Below, piece after piece: positions 55,412 through 63,331 of a stretch of 63,331 nt of DNA (positions within the stretch are counted from its first letter, which is position 1; the number at the start of each line of letters is the position of its first letter). A program made the position numbers and the translations under genes. The notes beneath the pieces are model-generated. The model was not told the origin of the DNA and made no database searches. It worked only from the letters and a program-made list of their open reading frames with translations. The stretch is from the IMG/VR virus record IMGVR_UViG_3300037247_000518, positions 1 through 63,331 of that record. One strand, 5' to 3'. The stretch comes from a virus (taxonomy: Duplodnaviria > Caudoviricetes).

Positions 55412-58400
55412 GTGGTCGAACGTATAGAGTTCGAGCTTGTTGCTCGTAGTCGTACTACTGGGCAATTCAAGAAAACCGAAGACGAACTTAACCGTCTAGG
55501 TAAAGCTGCTGCTGGCGCTAGTGGCAGCTCTAAGGCCAGTGCCTCCTCAATAAAGCAGCTTCAGCAAGTTGCTGGTCAACTAGGCCTTACGCTTGAGCGA
55601 AAGACCACTCCGGCTGTTAAACTCAGCAAGCAGCAAATGGACGCGTTTACCCGGTCTGTTGATCAGGCTGGGTTTGCGCTGAAGCGGACTGACCGTGCTT
55701 TAGGCTTATCGCGCTCTGGTGCTGACGCGTTCACTAGAGCAGCGACGCGTGGTGTGGCTGCGATAGGCTTCATCAGCCCGACTGCGGCAACTGCATCAGC
55801 ACAGATCGTAGGACTGACTAAGGCAAGCGCGGCCATGACGCTCGCAATCGGCGCGGCGGCAGTAGGTGCTATCGCACTCGGTACTGGGCTGTTCTTCTCA
55901 GCCAAAGCTGCGATTAGTTTTGAATCATCGTTCAGGGGTATCCGTAAGACGGTTAGCGCGACAGTAGATGAATTTGCGCGCCTCGAATCCCAGAACCGCA
56001 AACTCGCGCGGAGTCTCGGTGAAAATGTTAACACGATCAACGAGATCGGACAGGCTGCGGGACAGTTAGGCGTCGCGGTTGGGAACATCGCACGCTTTGA
56101 ACAGATCGTCATTGAGATGGCATCTGCTACGGACATCACCGCACGGGCGGCGGCGTTCGCCTTCGGCGGCCTGATAAAGGTCCTGAACCTCACCATTGAT
56201 GATGTAGATAGGCTGTCAGATGAGATCGTCGGGCTTGGCAACACGTTTGCCACAACTGAATCGGAGATCGTCGGGCTCTTGAACCGCATCGCTGGTGCTG
56301 GTGCCGTCCTAAAAATTCCGGCAGAAGACTTGGTTTCCTTCGCCGCTGCGTTTTCATCTGTGCGTGTGGAACAGGAGGCTGCAGGCACTGCGATTCAAAA
56401 GGTGATGCTTGCCCTCCAGAAAGCGACGGTGGCAGGCGGCAAAGAACTGACTGCGTTCTCGGCCCTGCTTGGTGTGACGGCCCAACAGTTTCGAGACCTG
56501 GTGCGTACTGATCCTACAAAAGCGTTCATTCAATTTGTCGAAGCGCTCGGCAGGGCTGGTCCTGAAGCTGTGCTTTGGCTAGAAGCTCTAGGTCTAGCTG
56601 ATCAGCGCCTCGTCCGAACATTCCTGAAGCTCGCTTCAGCAGGAAATCTGCTCAACGAAGTTGTTGAAGAGGGTGCTAGACTTAACGAAGAAGGCACCGC
56701 TCGAACCAAGGAATTCCAGGAGGCGCTCGACACGACAGCAGGGCAGCTCCGCCTCGCGAAGGCTGCGGCCGTCGATGTGGCAGTCTCAGTCGGTGATTTT
56801 CTCTTGCCAGTCATCACCGCCGCAACCCAGGTATTCGTTATCTTCATCGATACAGTACGCCTCACTGTTAGTGCTCTCGCATCTCTAAAAGATCAGATGG
56901 ATCGCATCCCTGGCACAGAATTCGTTGGTAAAGTTCGTTCCTGGATTTCTGTAACGAGCAACCTCAGCAGAGCCATTGGAGGTCTAGGTAGCGGTATTAC
57001 GTTCCTTAGAGACGCCCTAGGAGGTTCGGCTGATGATATTGACAGCCTGACCGATGCAAGCAGAGATGCGGCATCTGGAACATCGGACCTCGAAGACAGG
57101 CTCAACGACCTCGTCCCGGATATCAACGCTGTTGGCGCCTCAGCCGAAGATGCTCGCAAGAAACTGTTTAGGATGTTCGCTCCTCCTACTGTTGAAGAGG
57201 CGAAGGCGAAACTCGCACTCTTGGGGCTGAAGCAGGAACTCAATGCTATACAGACGCTACAACGTCCATTAACAGCCGGTGAGAAAGAACGTGCGAATGT
57301 ATTGCGGACAGCCCTCATCCCGTCGGCACAGCGGCTCCTGGAGACGGAGCGGTTATATAGCGATGTGCTGTCTGCACAGCTCAACATTGCCGTTGGTAAC
57401 CTAAAAACGAGACTGCAATTGGCGGCTGCGGCGAACGCGCAAGCGAGAGAAGTTAAGAGTCTAAATGACGAGTTCAAGAGAATTCCTGCCGAGGTCACTA
57501 CCGAGGTTATTATTCTTGGGGTAGAGAGTGCGCTGAGCAACATCAACAGGATGGTCGCTAGGTGGAATGCTCTCGGAGACGCGCAGGCGTTTGCGATCCG
57601 CACATTGACGCCTCTGGAGCGGCTGCGAGAGGTTGACCGTCAACTAATGCGAGAGCGCGACGCGGCGCTGATCCAACTCGCTGATCCAGGAGATATTTTG
57701 GCTGATGCCCAATCTATGCTCGATACCGCTGGTAAGAGTGTGCGGACTCTCGCCCAGGAGCTTGCCTCTCTAAACATCCTGCTTGGTCAAACAGGCCTTC
57801 TTGGGCAGGCTGCGACGTTCAGGGGCGCGCTTGTCAGCCTGGGGCAGCAATTCAGAAAAGCCGGAGAAAGCGCTACGGCGTACTTGAACCGGCTTGCCGC
57901 CGCCACACTCAAGTTTGCTCAGCAACAGCTTGACAAGGTCCTGGGGCCGACTCGTGAGACGCTGGCGCTTGAATTACGGCTCGCAGAATTGCAACGGCGA
58001 CGGTTATTGCTATTCAGAGGAGGCGCGACTGAGGAGGAACTCGAAGAACTTGGGATACTGGGGCCGATTGACCGAGAGATCGCAGCACTGGAAAATTCGG
58101 TGGCGCTGCGCAAGCAAGAGATCGAAATTCTCGAACTTCGTGCGCAGCTTGCCGATAGGGCGATACTCACCGACCAGGAACAGATCGAGCAGGCCAGGCT
58201 ACTCATCGGCGTTATCGCGGATCAGTCTCAGCTTGTTAATGATCTGAACTTCCAACTAGGGCTGGAGGAGGCCGCGATTATCGGAGTCAACCTAATGCTA
58301 GGTCTATTTTCTGATGCGGTGTTGAGCGCCAGAGATGCTGCAAGCGACCTTAGTACGATGCTGAATAGTGCCGTTAATGTACCCAGACTCTCGGCTGGAA

Positions 58401-58591
58401 TGGCGGCGCCTGCGTTTGTACCAAACATTGGGCCTCGTGTCAATATCGAGACGAACATCACACTTACCCCAGAATTCTCACGATTAGTGGAGGAGGTTGT
58501 GGAGCGAGTCACTACAGAGACAGCAGAAGGCCTCCGCAGCGCGGGTATTGGAGGCTCATTCTCAGGTTCAGGGACCTTTATCCCACTATAG
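55412..58591 (+). CDS. Tape measure protein (TP901-type core)
   Basis: 1059 aa, Ala-rich helical; FESSF..IRKT, LGNTFATTESEI, EAAGTA. Confidence 0.92.
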   Translation: MVERIEFELVARSRTTGQFKKTEDELNRLGKAAAGASGSSKASASSIKQLQQVAGQLGLTLERKTTPAVKLSKQQMDAFTRSVDQAGFALKRTDRALGLSRSGADAFTRAATRGVAAIGFISPTAATASAQIVGLTKASAAMTLAIGAAAVGAIALGTGLFFSAKAAISFESSFRGIRKTVSATVDEFARLESQNRKLARSLGENVNTINEIGQAAGQLGVAVGNIARFEQIVIEMASATDITARAAAFAFGGLIKVLNLTIDDVDRLSDEIVGLGNTFATTESEIVGLLNRIAGAGAVLKIPAEDLVSFAAAFSSVRVEQEAAGTAIQKVMLALQKATVAGGKELTAFSALLGVTAQQFRDLVRTDPTKAFIQFVEALGRAGPEAVLWLEALGLADQRLVRTFLKLASAGNLLNEVVEEGARLNEEGTARTKEFQEALDTTAGQLRLAKAAAVDVAVSVGDFLLPVITAATQVFVIFIDTVRLTVSALASLKDQMDRIPGTEFVGKVRSWISVTSNLSRAIGGLGSGITFLRDALGGSADDIDSLTDASRDAASGTSDLEDRLNDLVPDINAVGASAEDARKKLFRMFAPPTVEEAKAKLALLGLKQELNAIQTLQRPLTAGEKERANVLRTALIPSAQRLLETERLYSDVLSAQLNIAVGNLKTRLQLAAAANAQAREVKSLNDEFKRIPAEVTTEVIILGVESALSNINRMVARWNALGDAQAFAIRTLTPLERLREVDRQLMRERDAALIQLADPGDILADAQSMLDTAGKSVRTLAQELASLNILLGQTGLLGQAATFRGALVSLGQQFRKAGESATAYLNRLAAATLKFAQQQLDKVLGPTRETLALELRLAELQRRRLLLFRGGATEEELEELGILGPIDREIAALENSVALRKQEIEILELRAQLADRAILTDQEQIEQARLLIGVIADQSQLVNDLNFQLGLEEAAIIGVNLMLGLFSDAVLSARDAASDLSTMLNSAVNVPRLSAGMAAPAFVPNIGPRVNIETNITLTPEFSRLVEEVVERVTTETAEGLRSAGIGGSFSGSGTFIPL

Positions 58592-58594
58592 GCG

Positions 58595-58957
58595 ATGGCT
58601 GACTACATCATAGACGGCTACACCTTTCCGAGGTCAGACTGGCCCGCTCGCGGCTCCATCGCTGATGATATCATACCTCAAAACTGGTCAAGGCAAGATG
58701 TTCTTGGAAAGGTAGACCCAGGAACTATTCTTACACTTCTTGGTACGAAGAGTCCAGAATGGCCGCTTGTCTGCAATGCAGTCGAGGCGACAAAAAACAA
58801 ACTTCGGACTGTGTATACTGGCAGGGTCGCCGTAGTCTTTAAGACACCTTATAATCCGACTGGGTATAATGTCATTATGACGGCACTCGCTGTCGATACG
58901 CGGGCGACGCCACGGGGAGATATCTTTGTCTGCAGGTTTACTTTGGTGAAGCGCTAA
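58595..58957 (+). CDS. Putative distal tail protein
   Basis: Position after tape measure. Confidence 0.5.
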   Translation: MADYIIDGYTFPRSDWPARGSIADDIIPQNWSRQDVLGKVDPGTILTLLGTKSPEWPLVCNAVEATKNKLRTVYTGRVAVVFKTPYNPTGYNVIMTALAVDTRATPRGDIFVCRFTLVKR

Positions 58958-58969
58958 GGAAGTATTGCG

Positions 58970-61327
58970 ATGGCTCTTCGGGATGAAGTTGACAAGATCA
59001 CTCGTGAGTTATATTTGCGGGTCCGCATCGGCGCGGGTGACGGGACGCAAATCCGTCCTGTTGATCCTACTTCAGAAACAGGCACTCCAGGGATTCTGGG
59101 TTTACAAGTAGCCAAGAGTTTCGATTCTCCTGTCCCTGTTGTAAGTGTCACTGTCAACCGGATTCCAACGTGGATTAACCGTGGACAGAAGGTTGAAATT
59201 GAACTCGGCTATAATGAGCACTGGCAACGCGTGTTCACTGGGACCGTGCAAGATCGCAGCCACGGAGTCAGGCGCTCTGATATTAACTGTGCTGGTACTC
59301 TTCACAAACTATTCCGAGGCATAGAAATTCCTTCGAGAAGTGTAGGCGCGAATACCAAAGCCGCTATCGAGGCGATCCTCGACGATATAGGCATTCCATC
59401 GAGTGACCGAGATACTGCTGATATTCCAACAACGACATTAGGCGCCTTCAGCACTCCAACCCTAGAGCGTCAGCTAGTCTCACAAATGGTTAAGACGCTT
59501 ATGGATGTTGATGGTGTGCGCGTGTTCGAGGATGGCAACGGGATCGCCACGTTCAAAGTGATGAACGGAGTCCCGTCAGGGGCATCCTTCCGCAAGTATA
59601 CTTCGGATGACCCAGATAACGCGCGCATTCTTGGTGCGGGCGTCCGCGAAGACCCATCGTTCACAAGGACACGCGTCACGGTACTCGGTGCGACTATCGA
59701 AGAGGGTACCCCGCCGGACACTACCAGTCGCACTATCGAGCGGACGGCGACCGTCGTTGGCTCTTCTCCTATACTGCCACCACTTGAGTCCGGCCAGCAC
59801 ATCGACGCCGAATATAGCAATCACCTGATCGATAGCGATGATCTTGCTGATACAGTTGCAACTAGGCTACTAACCGAATTTTTTCGCGTGCCTCGAAGTC
59901 TCACGCTTCAGACCCCTGGTGATCCTGAACTTGAACTAGGGATGACACTATTTCTCGTCTATCCAGAACAGCAGGCGACTGGGATGTGGTTCGTCCAGGG
60001 TATAAAGCATATCGTAGATGCGCAGGGCTATAGGACGATTCTTGATCTTCGTGGCGGCCCTGAATTTGGCAACGAGTTGGGCCTCAACCCACAAGCGAGC
60101 TTTTCAGAAAGCATCGACCGTCAGGTTATCGACGACGATGTATATGCGACCGTGACGTTCGACGCCTCAGCCTCCCGCGACCCAGATTCAGACGTAGCGC
60201 TCACATATGCTTGGTCTGATAACCAGTCTCCTGAGATTACGACACCTGATATCGAGACTTTGACAGATAGAATCATCACAGTCAAGGTCCTTCCGGCTGA
60301 CATCACAGGAGATTGGAAAGTCACGCTGACCGTTACGGACACAGACGGATTGACAGGGTCTAAGGAACGGACGATTGAAGTAGTAGCGACTGCGGCTGAC
60401 GTTAAAATCCCGGCAATCTTCGCCGCACTCGATAATAATTTCTCTGCTACACCTGACGGTGGCGAGAATTGGAACGATCAGACAGACGGCGGCATTATCT
60501 CGGTCGCTGCACGCCCAGATGACGGTGTGAACTTCGGGCACGCAGTATTCGGCACTTCAGACGGGCAGATATGGCGCACGCAGGATTACTGCGTGACAGC
60601 TCTAACGCAGATAATTGCTTTGGCTGGTGCTCCTCGCATAGAAAAGATTGCGTGGGACTGGCGTGACGCTAATCGTGTATGGTTTCTTACTGATACCTTT
60701 CTGCTGTACCTCTCTACTGATGGCGGTGCTAGCTTCTCACTGTACGATGACCTTCGCTCTGTGCTGAGCGAGTCTCTTGCCATTGGCAAGCATATCGGCT
60801 TGCCTGGCGGTGGTGGTATATGGGTTTACGGCGGCGACGGCGCGGGGAATGCCCTGATCGCGTATGATGCTAATGTGCATGGGCATAGCTGGACGCGGCT
60901 GCCGTTCGGAGGCGAACTCGATGCTGACATGCCGCATACGAGCGCATCGCTGGCTATCGTGGATGCTAACGATAAAGGCGACGGCTCTGGGTTGGCGATT
61001 ATCTTGGAGAATGCAAATGGCACAGCGGCGAAGCCTGCAATCTACCACGCGGTATCTCCATTCCAGCCTTCTACATGGAAGCGTGCAACCGGCCTGACTG
61101 ACCCGCTAACTACTGGCAGGTACGTCGTCGGCGCTAATGGGATCAGCACGGACTTCATCGCAGCATTTAACGACCGCGATGTCTGGAAGTCCCTCGGCGG
61201 TATTGTTTGGGCGAAGACAGCGAACGTGATGCCGGTAGGCGTCACGCCTAACTATGCGATTTGGGTGAGAGCGAGTGAGGCTGGTGAGCTGGGAACCGAC
61301 TTCTACCTCATAGCGGCGACTGACTAA
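58970..61327 (+). CDS. Tail hub/tip protein with PKD domain and beta-propeller
   Basis: VFTG.V, GDPELELG hub; FDASASRDPD...LTVTDTDG PKD; STDGG BNR repeats. Confidence 0.75.
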   Translation: MALRDEVDKITRELYLRVRIGAGDGTQIRPVDPTSETGTPGILGLQVAKSFDSPVPVVSVTVNRIPTWINRGQKVEIELGYNEHWQRVFTGTVQDRSHGVRRSDINCAGTLHKLFRGIEIPSRSVGANTKAAIEAILDDIGIPSSDRDTADIPTTTLGAFSTPTLERQLVSQMVKTLMDVDGVRVFEDGNGIATFKVMNGVPSGASFRKYTSDDPDNARILGAGVREDPSFTRTRVTVLGATIEEGTPPDTTSRTIERTATVVGSSPILPPLESGQHIDAEYSNHLIDSDDLADTVATRLLTEFFRVPRSLTLQTPGDPELELGMTLFLVYPEQQATGMWFVQGIKHIVDAQGYRTILDLRGGPEFGNELGLNPQASFSESIDRQVIDDDVYATVTFDASASRDPDSDVALTYAWSDNQSPEITTPDIETLTDRIITVKVLPADITGDWKVTLTVTDTDGLTGSKERTIEVVATAADVKIPAIFAALDNNFSATPDGGENWNDQTDGGIISVAARPDDGVNFGHAVFGTSDGQIWRTQDYCVTALTQIIALAGAPRIEKIAWDWRDANRVWFLTDTFLLYLSTDGGASFSLYDDLRSVLSESLAIGKHIGLPGGGGIWVYGGDGAGNALIAYDANVHGHSWTRLPFGGELDADMPHTSASLAIVDANDKGDGSGLAIILENANGTAAKPAIYHAVSPFQPSTWKRATGLTDPLTTGRYVVGANGISTDFIAAFNDRDVWKSLGGIVWAKTANVMPVGVTPNYAIWVRASEAGELGTDFYLIAATD

Positions 61328-62526
61328 TGGGCACTAAGGGAATCTATAAGTCTACAGACGAAGTACAGACGGTTGGAGTGATCCGTCCTGCAACCGGATT
61401 TGATGCTTGGCCTGCGAGTGCGATAGGGAGGCAGGTAGCCATCGGGAGGTCATCTAGTGGTGATAGACTGCTCCTAGTCGCAAACAACAATGTGTCTACT
61501 GTCCTTCATATTGGTTGGAATGTTGGAGGGCTGTCTTTTGCAAAGGAGATCATTGCAGATACCGATGCATTATTTGTAGTGCGCCCGATAACGAGCACTT
61601 TATGGTTCGTCTTCTTCTTTGCCAGCTTCACAGATAGATTAGGTGATTGTCGAAGGACGAAAGATGGAGGCGCGACATGGGCTATCTTGGCGAGTCCTGC
61701 TACCAATCATGATTGGAGTGATATTCGTGCGGCTGCGGATGGCCGATTATGGGGTATTACAGTTGATTCAACAGATCAGGATAAATCCCAAGTCTGGTAT
61801 TCTGATGATGATGGGGATAGTTGGATTTCCTCTAATTCACGAGATGTCGTGAATGAGCGAAGGCAGATGGTAGCACCTCATCCCACTGATAATCAAAGGG
61901 TTGCAGTAATTGGGGTGGATGCTGTAACTATTGAGCGTCTTCGGGTATCACTTACAACAGATCGCGGTGCTACGTGGTCACATGTCTCGGCTGAGAATGT
62001 GATGTGGGCTGCTCTCGCTCATGAATTTGATGTTAGGATGCATGTTAATAACAGGTTGATAATTCCGGTCCTATTAGATACTTCGTCTAGTCCAGGAATT
62101 ATTACGTCTGATGATGATGGAGTAACGTGGGTTGTCAGAAAGAATTTCGGTGGTAACCTTAATTTTAGACGCACTCTGGGGCCTGCTGGGAATCTAATCG
62201 GTGGGAGATTATTTGTGGTTTTTACGGATGCCGCTGGTTCACCATCTCTTAATGAAATATGGACTTCAATCGATGGTGGTCTAACCTGGAACTTGTTATC
62301 TACTCTTCCTAATAGTCCCGATGTGGATTACGAAGGTATTGCTTTTGATGAGAATAAAGATGCACTATACGTAGCTGGAGGTACGCTGGGCCAAACTAAT
62401 CTCATCATGAGACTCATGCCAGCCAACTCCTCCGGAACGTGGCTTGATGTGACTCATGACTTCGCTGACACCATATCATTAAGATTAGACCCGCATCAGA
62501 GTGCCAGCATAGCAGTGATACCCTAA
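61327..62526 (+). CDS. BNR/Asp-box beta-propeller receptor-binding protein, copy 1
   Basis: TKDGGATW, SDDDGDSW, TTDRGATW, SDDDGVTW, SIDGGLTW. Confidence 0.75.
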   Translation: MGTKGIYKSTDEVQTVGVIRPATGFDAWPASAIGRQVAIGRSSSGDRLLLVANNNVSTVLHIGWNVGGLSFAKEIIADTDALFVVRPITSTLWFVFFFASFTDRLGDCRRTKDGGATWAILASPATNHDWSDIRAAADGRLWGITVDSTDQDKSQVWYSDDDGDSWISSNSRDVVNERRQMVAPHPTDNQRVAVIGVDAVTIERLRVSLTTDRGATWSHVSAENVMWAALAHEFDVRMHVNNRLIIPVLLDTSSSPGIITSDDDGVTWVVRKNFGGNLNFRRTLGPAGNLIGGRLFVVFTDAAGSPSLNEIWTSIDGGLTWNLLSTLPNSPDVDYEGIAFDENKDALYVAGGTLGQTNLIMRLMPANSSGTWLDVTHDFADTISLRLDPHQSASIAVIP

Positions 62527-63331
62527 TGGCTACCAAAGGCATCTACAAGTCCACAACCGAGCTATCAACAGTCGGCGTCATACGCCCCGCGACAGGGTTC
62601 GACGCGTGGCCTGCGTCCGCTGTAGGGCGGCAAATAGCGATTGGTAGATCAATAGGTAATCGAGCGCGCATTCTCTATTGCCTGAGACGCGCTGCTCCTG
62701 CTGAAGTACACTTTGCGTGGCGTACTTTTGAATCTAATTTCAACAAGAAGGTATTATCACAGTCAGAAAGTCACTTCAGATGTCGTCCAGCCACCAGTTT
62801 AGTATGGTTTATATTTATCGCGGATGGTGCCACTACAGCTTTCGATACTATTGAAACATGGCGTACTAAGGATGGTGGGAATACTTGGGCACTATTAGCT
62901 GCACCTGCTACCAATCATAGGTGGCAAGACATTCAGCGTGCTGCGGACGGGCGTTTGTGGGGCGTCACGATGGATAGCGTTGATTTAAGTAAGTCTCAAG
63001 TGTGGTACTCTGATGATGATGGGGATAGTTGGGCTTCATCAAATTCGAGGGATGTTACAGGCGAACGTCGGCATACGATAGCAGCACATCCTATTGACGG
63101 GCAGAGAATTGCTGTCTTTGCGGAGAAATTAGGTCCAGGAAACGATGATGATATCATTACTACTATTACTGCGGACAGAGGTAATACGTGGAGCGTTAAC
63201 ATAGCTAGCGGAATCAAGTTCTCCTTACTGGGGTTTGCACAACTTGTGGTATCAATGCTTCCTAATGACAGAATGATATGTGCTGTGGCTAGTCTTTCAC
63301 CAAGTAATCCTAAAATCTTTATCTCAGATGA
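62526..63331 (+). CDS. BNR beta-propeller receptor-binding protein, copy 2 (runs off the window; not in ORF track)
   Basis: TAATG start; MATKGIYKST...; TKDGGNTW, SDDDGDSW; paralog of copy 1. Confidence 0.8.
   Translation, partial: MATKGIYKSTTELSTVGVIRPATGFDAWPASAVGRQIAIGRSIGNRARILYCLRRAAPAEVHFAWRTFESNFNKKVLSQSESHFRCRPATSLVWFIFIADGATTAFDTIETWRTKDGGNTWALLAAPATNHRWQDIQRAADGRLWGVTMDSVDLSKSQVWYSDDDGDSWASSNSRDVTGERRHTIAAHPIDGQRIAVFAEKLGPGNDDDIITTITADRGNTWSVNIASGIKFSLLGFAQLVVSMLPNDRMICAVASLSPSNPKIFISD

Noticed and set aside
61327-63331. Diversity-generating retroelement or invertase shufflon acting on tail genes
   Set aside because: No reverse transcriptase or recombinase in the window; copies are in direct orientation and differences are not adenine-specific

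Overview
This 63.3-kb window is most of a tailed dsDNA phage genome with siphovirus-like morphogenesis genes. No integrase, lysis genes, tRNA or CRISPR array were seen. Layout: (1) A rightward replication and DNA-modification arm at 0.1-20.4 kb. It carries a DpdA/TGT-like transglycosylase, beta-clamp, SNF2 helicase, MT-A70 methylase, UDG-PolA fusion, Cas4-like nuclease/Sak4/SSB, Prim-Pol primase-helicase followed by a candidate origin, HNH, queD, an RNR-tail domain, queE and a PRTase-FolE fusion. (2) A leftward arm of mostly small genes at 20.4-30.0 kb, ending in queC and including an H1-like protein, SLOG and an AAA+/vWA pair. (3) A promoter-, repeat- and structured-RNA-rich island between the putative terS (30.9 kb) and terL (36.5 kb). 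(4) A rightward late arm with terminase, portal, a CsrA-like protein, protease/scaffold, capsid, sugar-modification genes interleaved with head-tail genes, tail tube, frameshifted chaperone, tape measure and tandem beta-propeller tail proteins. The most notable candidate systems are a possible phage-encoded Csr/Rsm-like circuit, a 7-deazaguanine pathway with an unusual PRTase-FolE fusion, a multi-enzyme virion-glycosylation cassette, paralogous H1-like winged-helix proteins and split-propeller receptor-binding cassettes. All protein calls come from motif recognition by eye; no database search was run.
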